The translations under genes were made by a program, and so were the position numbers. A stretch of DNA of 64,000 nucleotides from Syntrophales bacterium. Its GTDB lineage: Bacteria; Desulfobacterota; Syntrophia; Syntrophales; PHBD01. Numbering within the stretch: position 1 is the stretch's first letter; each line of letters begins with the position of its first letter. The notes under the pieces were generated by a model. The model made no database searches, had not been told where the DNA came from, and saw only the letters and a program-made list of their open reading frames with translations. Shown here piece after piece: positions 9,282-18,429 of this stretch. Location: contig OY764159.1 in NCBI GenBank assembly GCA_963668175.1, forward strand, positions 1,120,001-1,184,000, written 5' to 3'.

Positions 9282-9746
9282 TTAAAACCGGATTTCCATC
9301 CGGATCTGGGGTTCGATCATCTTGCCCAGGGATTGCATGGAGTCCCTGTATGAGCCCTGAAAAATGAGCGGAAACATCTGGCTGACATCGAGTTGATCGG
9401 CCGGTGTCAGGCGATGATAGCTCTTGTCCATGGACGGTTCCGCCAGCATGGAATTGAAGGAAAACCTGAGGTTCTTATAGTCGATCTCGTTCCACGACGA
9501 GTTGTTGTTTTTCCCGGTCATATCTTTGGCCGATTCCGTAAAGGGCGAATAAGAATAACTGCTGTATCGGGGTGTGTTCTCCTTTGCCGCCGAGAATGAT
9601 TTGTCCTTGGCGAGAAAAGGACTCTGTGCATCTTTGAAACTAAACCCGAAAAAGCTTTCCGCTCCCATGCTCTCGAGAGGTTGACATAACAGAAGCAATG
9701 AGACAAGTGCGGCTGCGGTAAAAATTCTAATGGTGTGCGCGGTCAT
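9282..9746 (-). CDS. Secreted hypothetical protein
   Basis: Signal-peptide-like N-terminus, C-terminal Phe; start overlaps the amidase 3' end. Confidence 0.55.
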   Translation of the reverse strand: MTAHTIRIFTAAALVSLLLLCQPLESMGAESFFGFSFKDAQSPFLAKDKSFSAAKENTPRYSSYSYSPFTESAKDMTGKNNNSSWNEIDYKNLRFSFNSMLAEPSMDKSYHRLTPADQLDVSQMFPLIFQGSYRDSMQSLGKMIEPQIRMEIRF

Positions 9747-11556
9747 AGTTCTTTCCTTGCGCCGTATCGCCGTTTGCCGGTTCCACGGGGACAATCAGTT
9801 CCTGATCGATGTACAGGGCCTCGTCGGGCCTGAGCTTGTTCAGGTCCTGCAGTTCGCCGACAGTGCTGTTGCAGCGCCGGGCGATGGTCAGGAGGCTGTC
9901 CCCCTCCTTGACCCGATAAAGATATATCCTGGCCGGTAAGGCCGCCGGCTGATCCCCTGCGTTCTTCTTCACCTCGGCCGGCGGAGTTTCAGGAGGGCTG
10001 ATTCTGATCTTCCGTCCTACATAGAGCGGATCGTCCAGATTCAGCCGGTTCGCCTTGGCCAGTTCAGTCGCGTCCAATCCATGACGATTGGCTATGCCGG
10101 TCAGCGTGTCCCCTTTCTTCACCCGATAAACAAGAACCCGCTCCTTGGTTTCGGCTGGCAGACTCCTTTCGGTCTCCGTTTTGGGTGTAGGCTTCTCTTC
10201 TCCCGGGGGTGGCAATTTTAATTTTCTTCCTACATATAAAGGCGCATCAGCGTTGAGACGATTGATCTTTAATAAATCCGCGACGGTCGTATCATATTTT
10301 CGCGCGATGGCGTGAACGGTATCGCCTTTTTTGACCCTGTAAAACCTTAATTTAGTCACGGATGCGCCTTTAGGCAACTCACCGGAAGAAGCGGCGGCCA
10401 AGATTTTTTTGTTCTTGTCGGGAGGCGCCGCCGGTGCGAATTCATAAACCGCCTCAGCGATGGCGGATGCTATACCCTGCTGGAATCGAGGACTTCTCAG
10501 CATCTGTTCTTCTCCCGGGTTCGAGATGAAGGCCGTTTCGATGAGCAGCGAGGGGATATCGGGCATTTTGAGTACGCGGAAAGGGGCCTCCTGCACAACG
10601 CCGTGCTTGATACGGCTGAAACCTTCCAGACGTTTCAGAACCTGGTTGCCGAAAGTCTTCGATAAATTGATCGTATTGGTCTGGTACATGTTGAGGACGA
10701 TTGCGTCCGACTCATCGCTGCTCTCGGCGTCCGCGACACCGCCGACGATATCCGAAAGGTTTTCATGAGAGGCCAGAAGGCGTCCCGCCTCGCTGCCCGC
10801 GCCGCGCAGGGACAGGCAATAGACTGAACTGCCCCGGGCGCTCCTCCCCCAAAACGCGTCGGCATGGATACTGATGAAGAGGTCGGCCCCGTATTCCCTG
10901 GCAATCGTCAGGCGCTTCTTGAAGGACACATAGTAATCACCTTTCCGTGTCAGAAAAGCCCGGTAACCGTCTTTGCGGTTGATGCTGTCCTTAAGCTTTT
11001 TACCGATCGCGAGAACGACGGTCTTTTCCTGGGTGCCGTTCTTGCCGATAGCGCCGGGATCGTCTCCGCCGTGTCCCGGGTCGATCACAATGACCCGGTC
11101 CTTGGCCCGGACCTTGACGGCTTCCCGCGACCGGCTTTCTGCCTTCTCCACTTCGGGAAATTCAATATCGATGACTACCCGGTCCGGTTTATCCTGGAAT
11201 TTTTTCAACTTGAAGATCCTGGCCTCGGCACGGCGGGGTAGGGCAACGGAAACGCGGACCGTACGGTCGCCACGCCTGGTTATATAAATCTTTTCGGTGC
11301 CCGGTTTTTTAAGAACAATCTTCATAGGCACCCTTTTGCCTGGCCGGGCATCCTGGAAATCGATATTCAGTTTCTGTTCCGCCTTGTCGACGGTGTACTT
11401 CGGTTCGTGGTCGGTATCGATGACGATTCTCGTGTGATCGGGCGCAGACCAGTGCCGGATATTCTGGATGAGGGTTTCGGCGGACGCAGTGCGCGCGTAA
11501 AAGAGAAAGACGGCCAGTATGACGAACCACGCGGCTTTGATATAACGGCTGCACAT
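9727..11556 (-). CDS. N-acetylmuramoyl-L-alanine amidase (AMIN + Amidase_3 + three LysM domains)
   Basis: IDPGHGGDDPGA, FISIHAD, LIETAFISN; three YRVK(K/E)GD LysM repeats. Confidence 0.9.
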   Translation of the reverse strand: MCSRYIKAAWFVILAVFLFYARTASAETLIQNIRHWSAPDHTRIVIDTDHEPKYTVDKAEQKLNIDFQDARPGKRVPMKIVLKKPGTEKIYITRRGDRTVRVSVALPRRAEARIFKLKKFQDKPDRVVIDIEFPEVEKAESRSREAVKVRAKDRVIVIDPGHGGDDPGAIGKNGTQEKTVVLAIGKKLKDSINRKDGYRAFLTRKGDYYVSFKKRLTIAREYGADLFISIHADAFWGRSARGSSVYCLSLRGAGSEAGRLLASHENLSDIVGGVADAESSDESDAIVLNMYQTNTINLSKTFGNQVLKRLEGFSRIKHGVVQEAPFRVLKMPDIPSLLIETAFISNPGEEQMLRSPRFQQGIASAIAEAVYEFAPAAPPDKNKKILAAASSGELPKGASVTKLRFYRVKKGDTVHAIARKYDTTVADLLKINRLNADAPLYVGRKLKLPPPGEEKPTPKTETERSLPAETKERVLVYRVKKGDTLTGIANRHGLDATELAKANRLNLDDPLYVGRKIRISPPETPPAEVKKNAGDQPAALPARIYLYRVKEGDSLLTIARRCNSTVGELQDLNKLRPDEALYIDQELIVPVEPANGDTAQGKNYDRAHH

Positions 11557-11684
11557 AGGTTTATTGCTCCAGTAGGGCTGCAATGTAGCAGATACATTGG
11601 GAGATTTCAATACGGATGGTGAAAAGCTGTTGACAACACCTCCGGTAGATGTCATTTAATAAAAAAACGAAAGAGATTATCGGT

Positions 11685-12584
11685 ATGGAGATTAGAAAGC
11701 TGTTGGAACAAAAGAGATTTACCCTCTCCTTCGAGGTATTTCCCCCGATCCGGGAGGGAAACCTGGAGAACCTTTACAAGACCATCGAAGGGCTTGGAGA
11801 ATTGAGCCCGGATTTCATATCGGTTACCTACGGAGCAGGCGGGAGTACCAGGGACAAATCCCTGGAAATCGCTTCAAAAGTAAAAAACAGTTTTCAGCGG
11901 GAGGTCCTCGCGCACCTTACCTGCGTCCAGGCCACCCGGGACGATATCGCCCGGATTCTGGACGCCTTCCGGGAGGCCGGCGTCGAAAATATCATGGCCC
12001 TGCGGGGAGACCCGCCGGCGGGGACGGAGTCGTTCGTGCCGACGGCCGGCGGCTTCCGTTATGCGAACGACCTGGTGGCATTTATCCGGCAGAGACAGGA
12101 CTTTTGTATAGGTGTTGCCGGGTATCCCGAAGGCCATATCGAAGCCCCGTCCCTGGAGGAGGATTTGAAGAATCTGAAGAAGAAAGTCGATGCGGGGGCC
12201 GATTTCATCATCACGCAACTCTTCTTCAATAACGAGAGCTTTTACCGTTTTCGCGACCGCTCAGGACAGTTGAAGATTCAGGTGCCGATCATTCCCGGCA
12301 TTTTTCCCATCCTGAATTACAAACAAATTAAACGAATCGTGTCGCTTTGCGGCGCCCATATCCCGACCAAGCTGGGAGAGAAGATCGATCGCTTCAAGGA
12401 TAAACCCGAAGAGACGGAAAAATACGGCATCGAATACGCCATCCTTCAGATTGAAGATCTGCTTCGTAACGATTTGCCCGGCCTGCATATATACAGCATG
12501 AACCGGAGCGAGCCGGTCCACTGTATTCTGAAAGAACTGAAGCTTTCGCGGACCGCGAGTGAACCGGACGCCGGCTGTCTGTAA
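11685..12584 (+). CDS. metF: 5,10-methylenetetrahydrofolate reductase
   Basis: SFEVFPP, SVTYGAGG, AHLTC, ALRGDPP, GYPEGH, ITQLFF. Confidence 0.95.
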   Translation: MEIRKLLEQKRFTLSFEVFPPIREGNLENLYKTIEGLGELSPDFISVTYGAGGSTRDKSLEIASKVKNSFQREVLAHLTCVQATRDDIARILDAFREAGVENIMALRGDPPAGTESFVPTAGGFRYANDLVAFIRQRQDFCIGVAGYPEGHIEAPSLEEDLKNLKKKVDAGADFIITQLFFNNESFYRFRDRSGQLKIQVPIIPGIFPILNYKQIKRIVSLCGAHIPTKLGEKIDRFKDKPEETEKYGIEYAILQIEDLLRNDLPGLHIYSMNRSEPVHCILKELKLSRTASEPDAGCL

Positions 12585-12670
12585 AAAGAAGACGGCAGGA
12601 GTTGCAGAAACGAAAAAAATTGACAGCTATTCCAAAACGTGGCAAAGGAACGCCTCCTGAAAGGAGATAA

Positions 12671-12746
12671 GGGCGATTAGCTCAGAGGATAGAGCGCTGG
12701 TCTCCGGAACCAGAGGCCCTGGGTTCGAATCCCAGATCGCCTACCA
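12671..12746 (+). tRNA. tRNA-Arg (anticodon CCG)
   Basis: Full cloverleaf: GGGCGAT/ATCGCCT acceptor, GCTC/GAGC D arm with A20, CTGGT-CTCCGGA-ACCAG anticodon arm, TTCGAAT T loop, encoded CCA. Confidence 0.97.
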
Positions 12747-12756
12747 TGATACCAAG

Positions 12757-12785
12757 GGCAGTTATGGGAACCATAACTGCCTTTT
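12757..12785 (+). terminator. Intrinsic terminator after the tRNA
   Basis: GGCAGTTATGG-GAA-CCATAACTGCC followed by TTTT. Confidence 0.8.
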
Positions 12786-12943
12786 CTATGAGGCCTCGTA
12801 CATCATGCCTTTCATCCTTCGATCCCGCGAAAATCATCAGATACGGATTTGTATTCCTAAACTTGTGTCGGGTATTCGATCATCTTTAGTTTTCGGTGGC
12901 CTGTCGGCGCGTAAGGTCCCTTCACCTTTTGTTGATCTATTGA

Positions 12944-12972
12944 TTGCCATATCGGGCCGTATTGTTTATAAT
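12944..12972 (+). promoter_or_regulatory. Putative sigma70 promoter
   Basis: TTGCCA-17 nt-TATAAT upstream of the HD-GYP gene. Confidence 0.6.
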
Positions 12973-13084
12973 GAAAGTATAACGGTTCAGATGGCACCTC
13001 TGAAGATAAAATAACCGCCGACAGCGGAGCAGGGGGCATTACATGCCCGCGGCGTACGCTGGCGACAGGGAAAGAGGACGCGGA

Positions 13085-14107
13085 ATGCAGCGAATGGAAA
13101 TTATCAGGCCGGAGTTGATTAACATCTTGGTTGTGGATGATGAGCAGACCATCCGGGATATCGTTCAGGACGCCATGGAATTCGCCGGCTTTAAATGCAG
13201 ATCCGCAAAAGACGGTGTTGAAGCCTTGGATATCATGACCCAGCAGACTTTCGATGTTGTCATCACGGATATCATGATGCCCCACTTGAACGGCATAGAC
13301 CTCACCCGGGCCATCAAGGAACGGTACAGTTCGGATGTCATCATGATGACCGGCTACGTCGACAATTTCACCTTCGAGGACAGCGTCGATCTGGGCGTCA
13401 GTGATTTCATGCAAAAACCGGTCGGCGTCCGTGAATTGATCATCCGCGTCAAACGTGTCCTGCGTGAGAGGGCGCTTTTGAGCGATCGCAACACGGTCAC
13501 CGTCAAGCTGAACGAAACCCTCCAGAATTTAAGAAAATCGATGGATGCCACGGTGCAGGCGATCGCGATGACCGTCGAAGCGCGGGACCCCTACACGGCA
13601 GGTCATCAGCGCCGCGTCGCGGAGCTTGCCGTCGCCATTGCGGAGGATATGGGGATGTCGAGCAATATGGTGGAAGGGATACGCATGGCGGGCGTTGTTC
13701 ACGACCTGGGTAAAATATCCATCCCGGCGGAGATATTGAGCAAGCCGAGCCGCCTGTCGGAAATGGAATATGAACTGGTTAAGGAACATTCCCAGACGGG
13801 ATACCGCATCCTGAAGGATATCGAATTCCCCTGGCCGATCGCACGTATCGTGCAGCAGCACCATGAAAGAATCGACGGTTCCGGTTACCCGGGAAATCTG
13901 CGCAGCGGCGAAATTTTGATCGAGGCGCGGATCATCGCCGTGGCCGACGTCGTGGAAGCCATGGCATCCCACAGGCCGTACCGCGCATCTTTGGGCCTGA
14001 GTAAGGCGCTGGAGGAAATATCGACTTACCGCGGGAAATATTACGAGATGGAGGTAGTCGACTCCTGCCTCAAGATATTCCGGGAGAAGTCCTTCGCTTT
14101 TTCGTGA
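13085..14107 (+). CDS. Response regulator with HD-GYP cyclic-di-GMP phosphodiesterase domain
   Basis: REC domain (LVVDDE, ITDIMMP, MQKP); YTAGHQRRV, HDLGK, HHERIDGSGYP. Confidence 0.92.
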   Translation: MQRMEIIRPELINILVVDDEQTIRDIVQDAMEFAGFKCRSAKDGVEALDIMTQQTFDVVITDIMMPHLNGIDLTRAIKERYSSDVIMMTGYVDNFTFEDSVDLGVSDFMQKPVGVRELIIRVKRVLRERALLSDRNTVTVKLNETLQNLRKSMDATVQAIAMTVEARDPYTAGHQRRVAELAVAIAEDMGMSSNMVEGIRMAGVVHDLGKISIPAEILSKPSRLSEMEYELVKEHSQTGYRILKDIEFPWPIARIVQQHHERIDGSGYPGNLRSGEILIEARIIAVADVVEAMASHRPYRASLGLSKALEEISTYRGKYYEMEVVDSCLKIFREKSFAFS

Positions 14108-14544
14108 ACGACCCGAAGCGGTCGATGACCGCATTGCCCGAAACGCATTTCCCTGTTATGCCGCATCCCGCCTTCCGGTATCCCATGACGGTTCACGGAG
14201 CTTTTCGGTAGTCACGCCCGCCGCCGCCCCGGCGGGGAAAGGGCCGATGCTTTTTAAGACGGCTGTTTTCTTGACAATACGACATCCATGGTTAATTTAA
14301 TACAGTAAAGCATTTTCTTTCGCGTTCCACATCTCCTCCGTGCAGATCAGCAATATCTCGGATGCTCCGCTGCACCATCCACCCAGCACCTCATCTTCAC
14401 TTCGCCCTTTCTTTTTTCTGAAACGAGGACCATCGTCCGGCAAGCCCTCTTGCCAGAAGCTGCCGGTCGGCGTATTTGGATAGGGTGCCGTATAAAAGAG
14501 CCAAGAATTTCAATGTCTTAAATTGGATCAAAGGGGGTGAGGTC

Positions 14545-14805
14545 ATGTTTCACATGATGATATGTACATGGGAACCGCGGGACGAGAGGGAAGTGAGGAC
14601 GAAAAGAGTAACCTGGGAGTGGCCGGATGACATCAAAGTCATATCGGAATTTTACGATCTTCAGGGCTGCAGGACGGTTTACGTCGTCGACACCGATGCC
14701 AAGGGATTGATCGCAGCCCGGGCGGCATGGATCGATCTCCTGAAGTTCGAGATTTTTCCTGTATATCCGATCGGGAGGAGCAAGGAAGCGTTGATGGCAA
14801 AATGA
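14545..14805 (+). CDS. DUF3303-like small protein
   Basis: 86 aa with CTWEP, DLQGCR and FEIFPV pattern; GGGGGTGAGG RBS. Confidence 0.65.
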   Translation: MFHMMICTWEPRDEREVRTKRVTWEWPDDIKVISEFYDLQGCRTVYVVDTDAKGLIAARAAWIDLLKFEIFPVYPIGRSKEALMAK

Positions 14806-14882
14806 CAAAGAACCGGCCGTCGGCAAGCCCGGCCGGTTTGACCGCATGACGTGGTAGCGCTTGGACAGAAAGGAGAACAGCC

Positions 14883-15056
14883 ATGTCAAAACTCGATCTT
14901 ACCAGGGAAGAAGAAAAGATGCTTCTGAGCCTTCTCGAAAGATACTATCCGAATCTGAGAAGGGAGGTCGTGAATACCGATGACCGCGAGTTTCGCAGAT
15001 CGCTCAAGGAGCAGGAGGCATTCATGAAAAGTATCATCGAGCGCCTGCAGAAATGA
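14883..15056 (+). CDS. Small helical hypothetical protein (57 aa)
   Basis: AGGAGA RBS; MSKLDLTREEEKMLLSLLERYYPNLRREVVNTDDREFRRSLKEQEAFMKSIIERLQK; followed by a terminator; below the ORF-track cutoff. Confidence 0.75.
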   Translation: MSKLDLTREEEKMLLSLLERYYPNLRREVVNTDDREFRRSLKEQEAFMKSIIERLQK

Positions 15057-15100
15057 CGGATGCGCGGCAGGCGGGAAGCGATTCGGCGTTGCCTATAAAA

Positions 15101-15134
15101 AAAACCGAGCATTCTTTGCAGAATGCTCGGTTTT
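15101..15134. terminator. Bidirectional intrinsic terminator
   Basis: AAAACCGAGCATTC-TTTGCA-GAATGCTCGGTTTT between convergent genes. Confidence 0.85.
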
Positions 15135-15156
15135 CTAACCAAAATTTGTAAAAATC

Positions 15157-15381
15157 TTACTTTGCAGCGGGCGTCGTTGCTGCTGCAGCGGGAGCAGCTG
15201 ATGTCCCTGCCGGTGCAGGAGTCGTTCCAGCCGGTGCAGGAGCAGGAGCGGGTGCTGGGGCAGTCTTCGCGGGTTCTGCCGGCTTTTGCTCTTCGGCCTT
15301 TTTGCAACCAACGACTGCAAAAGACAGCGCTACGAACAGAAGCATTGAAAGAATGATAGCAAACACCTTTTTCATGGACAT
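15157..15381 (-). CDS. Small Ala/Pro-rich lipoprotein
   Basis: GGAGG RBS, signal peptide with lipobox VVGC, low-complexity APAPAP tail. Confidence 0.8.
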   Translation of the reverse strand: MSMKKVFAIILSMLLFVALSFAVVGCKKAEEQKPAEPAKTAPAPAPAPAPAGTTPAPAGTSAAPAAAATTPAAK

Positions 15382-15519
15382 TTTACCTCCTTTCAAAGAT
15401 TTTCAATTCTGGTGAGTCATCACCCTCTTAGCGCGCAAAAAATACTCATTTTTTAAATGTTGTCAAGATAAATCTGCGCCTAACTTAAAAAATAGTTTTG
15501 ATTGAAGCGCTGCAACATT

Positions 15520-15725
15520 AAAAAAAAGCACTGATTACGCCGTTTGAGGGATATGCTCGTTCTTGTCTGCGATTGCTCGGAACTTCCGAAGGTACGCCTC
15601 GGTTTTCCTTCAGCAATCTGCTCTATGGCAGCCTTTCTTCCGAATGGCCCCGATTATAGGAACGAGGCCGCTTCATGATTAGTCGGTAAATCTTCCCCAC
15701 CGATAACGGCTACTTGAACAAGTTC
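15520..15725 (-). ncRNA. Candidate structured small RNA (no family recognised)
   Basis: Lies downstream of a sigma70-like promoter, contains several nested stems, ends at a U8 tract, and has no ORF with a good RBS. Confidence 0.35.
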
Positions 15726-15730
15726 CGCGT

Positions 15731-15759
15731 ATTAAATATCAATCGAACGCCGTTGTCAA
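15731..15759 (-). promoter_or_regulatory. Putative sigma70 promoter
   Basis: Minus strand TTGACA-17 nt-TTTAAT. Confidence 0.55.
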
Positions 15760-16037
15760 GCCGGATGTTGCGTATTCTGTTCGGAGATGATGGCCTTTGG
15801 GGGTCGGTCTTCGGGCCGGTGCGGATCGCGCCTCCGCGCAGGCTATGGGAAGTTCCTGCGTCCGGCTGCCGTAATCACTGCCCCGGGACTTCAACTTTTA
15901 TTGGCATAAATGGTATAAGAGTGTTAATACTATTCTAGGTTGGCTGTTGTGAGCGGCCGTCAACCGATACATCGTCGAATTTTATCACTCCGTAAGGAAC
16001 GATTCTCGATAAAGGCGCAGTTAAAGGAGGTGTTGGC

Positions 16038-16409
16038 ATGTTTCAGATTGCGGCATATGAAACATTTCAGGATGGGCAGATCATCTTTGAGGAAGGCAGC
16101 AGCGGGGACTGGATATACGAGATCGACACCGGCGTCGTCGAACTTTCCCGCAGTGTCGGCGGCCAAAGAGTTGTTGTGGAAGTCCTCCATGCCGGCGAAG
16201 TCTTCGGGGAAATGGCCTTTGTCGCCAAGATCCCGAGAACGGCGACCGCACGCGCCGTAGGAGAGACAACCTTAGGCATCATGGACCGCGATTATCTGGA
16301 CAAAGAGCTCAATAAGCTTACCGGAAGCTTCAGAACCCTTCTGAAAATTCTCGTCCTGAGACTGAAAAAGGCCACGGACAATATTGTCGACGCCAAAATC
16401 AACCCGTAA
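16038..16409 (+). CDS. Stand-alone cyclic nucleotide-binding domain protein
   Basis: IFEEG, GEVFGEMA, PRTATARA; AAGGAGG RBS. Confidence 0.9.
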   Translation: MFQIAAYETFQDGQIIFEEGSSGDWIYEIDTGVVELSRSVGGQRVVVEVLHAGEVFGEMAFVAKIPRTATARAVGETTLGIMDRDYLDKELNKLTGSFRTLLKILVLRLKKATDNIVDAKINP

Positions 16410-16515
16410 AACGAGGCCCGGCAAGCGTTCTTAAAGATATAAGATAAATTATGTTGACAAATGATCGTTTATCTCGTAAAAGGGCCGTTCAAATTTTTTT
16501 ATAAGGAATCGGACC

Positions 16516-16827
16516 ATGTACGCAGTCATAAAAACAGGCGGAAAACAGCATAAGGTCAGTGAAGGAGATGTCCTGGCCATTGAGAAGGTTGCCGGGATTG
16601 CAGGCGACACCGTAGTCTTTGACGATGTCCTCATGGTTTCCAAAGACACCGATGTCCGTATCGGAACCCCGGTTGTTCCCGGTGCGAAAGTTGTTGCCGA
16701 AATCATCGCTCAGGCGAAGGCGCCTAAAATAACGGTCTTCAAAATGAAGAGGCGCAAGGGTTTTCATAAAAAGACCGGTCATCGTCAACCCCTGACTCGG
16801 ATGAAGGTTAAGGAAATTACGTTTTAA
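16516..16827 (+). CDS. rplU: 50S ribosomal protein L21
   Basis: [11 protein letters not shown]...GHRQ. Confidence 0.98.
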   Translation: MYAVIKTGGKQHKVSEGDVLAIEKVAGIAGDTVVFDDVLMVSKDTDVRIGTPVVPGAKVVAEIIAQAKAPKITVFKMKRRKGFHKKTGHRQPLTRMKVKEITF

Positions 16828-16836
16828 GGAGGCATT

Positions 16837-17097
16837 ATGGCTCATAAAAAGGGACAGGGGAGTTCGCGTAACGGTCGAGACAGCAATGCCCAGCGAAGAG
16901 GCATCAAGGTATATTCCGGCGAGACCATCACAGCCGGCTCCATCATCGTCCGCCAGGTCGGAACCAAGATCCATCCCGGCAGCAATGTCGGTTTAGGCAA
17001 GGATTACACCATTTTCTCGAAGATCGATGGCGTCGTGAAGTTCGAGCGGCTGGACAAGAAAAGAAAGAAAGTAAGCGTATACCTCCCGGCGGCTTAA
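16837..17097 (+). CDS. rpmA: 50S ribosomal protein L27
   Basis: [16 protein letters not shown]. Confidence 0.98.
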   Translation: MAHKKGQGSSRNGRDSNAQRRGIKVYSGETITAGSIIVRQVGTKIHPGSNVGLGKDYTIFSKIDGVVKFERLDKKRKKVSVYLPAA

Positions 17098-17273
17098 GGA
17101 TGCCTGAACCCGGCCTGCTGCGATATATCGGCGGCGGGATTTGGTGACACCTGACGGTATGAGACGATACGGCGTTTAGCGGGTGGCACCGGGGAAGAAC
17201 GGCCTCTGCCGTAAAGCAACCGATATAGAAACGCAGGAACGAAGATCATGGAACCTGCGACTGACCGAAAAAC

Positions 17274-17305
17274 AAAAGGCACTTCATCAAGTGCCTTTTA
17301 TTTTT
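17274..17305 (+). terminator. Intrinsic terminator between rpmA and obgE
   Basis: AAAAGGCACTT-CATC-AAGTGCCTTTT then ATTTTT. Confidence 0.75.
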
Positions 17306-17397
17306 GCCCGTGAGGCTGTCGGTCGGATCGGGAACGAAGGTAATGCGTTATGTGACGGCAGAGCGATCCGCCCCCGGTTTCAGGTCCGAAGGAGATT

Positions 17398-18429
17398 ATG
17401 AAGTTCATCGACGAAGCCAAAATATTCGTTAAAGCCGGCCACGGAGGTAAAGGCTGTGTGAGCTTCAGGCGGGAGAAATTCGTGCCGAAAGGCGGACCGG
17501 ACGGCGGCAACGGCGGCAAGGGCGGCGATGTCGTGATTATCGCGTCGGCGACCCACCAGACGCTCCTCGATCTGAAGTACAGGCAGCATCATGTCGCCAA
17601 GCACGGCGGGCACGGAGAGGGCGGCAATCGGACCGGGAAAAACTCGGACGATGTTGAAGTCGTTGTACCGGTTGGGACGGTTATTCGGGATTCTGCAACC
17701 GGAGATTTGCTGGCCGATCTCATCAGCGACGGCGAGCGGTTCATCGTCGCCAAGGGCGGCATCGGCGGCAAAGGCAACGCCCATTTCGCAACGGCGACAA
17801 ACCGTGCCCCCCGTTATGCCCAGGACGGCACAGTCGGCGAAGAACGTTGGATCAACCTCGAATTGAAGCTCCTGGCAGATGTCGGGATTATCGGTCTGCC
17901 CAATGTCGGAAAATCGACCTTTATATCCAGAGTCTCGGCAGCGAAGCCCAAAATCGCCGATTATCCCTTCACAACCCTCAAACCGAATCTCGGCGTCGTC
18001 CGGATCGACGATAACGAAACCTTTGTGGTGGCGGACATTCCCGGCCTGATCAAAGGCGCCCACCAGGGAGCGGGGATGGGAACCCAGTTCCTCCGTCACA
18101 TCGAAAGGACCTCCCTCTTGCTCCATATCCTCGATATATCGCAGGAAGAAGAAAGGGATGCCTGGGACGACTACGAGACCGTCAACCGGGAACTCGCCAT
18201 GTTCGGACCGGCGTTGCTTGCGAAGCCGCAAATCGTCGGCGTCGGCAAAACCGACTTGCCTAATACCCGAGAAAGGGTTAAAGAAGTGACAGAAACGTTC
18301 CGGAAAAGAGGGATCAGGATATATCCTTTCTCTGCGGCAACCGGCAAGGGCGTTGCCGACGTTATCAAGGAAATGGCGAGACTGCTGCAACAAAACAGGG
18401 GTGCTATAAAAGAACATGGATACGATTAG
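17398..18429 (+). CDS. obgE: GTPase ObgE/CgtA
   Basis: FRREKFVPKGGPDGG, GLPNVGKST, YPFTT, DIPG. Confidence 0.97.
   Translation: MKFIDEAKIFVKAGHGGKGCVSFRREKFVPKGGPDGGNGGKGGDVVIIASATHQTLLDLKYRQHHVAKHGGHGEGGNRTGKNSDDVEVVVPVGTVIRDSATGDLLADLISDGERFIVAKGGIGGKGNAHFATATNRAPRYAQDGTVGEERWINLELKLLADVGIIGLPNVGKSTFISRVSAAKPKIADYPFTTLKPNLGVVRIDDNETFVVADIPGLIKGAHQGAGMGTQFLRHIERTSLLLHILDISQEEERDAWDDYETVNRELAMFGPALLAKPQIVGVGKTDLPNTRERVKEVTETFRKRGIRIYPFSAATGKGVADVIKEMARLLQQNRGAIKEHGYD

Noticed and set aside
12671..12800. Prophage or ICE integrated at tRNA-Arg
   Set aside because: No integrase and no duplicated tRNA 3' end found in the window.
15623..15676. 17-codon minus-strand ORF (MKRPRSYNRGHSEERLP) inside the candidate RNA
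   Set aside because: No well-spaced RBS and no amino-acid run typical of leader peptides.
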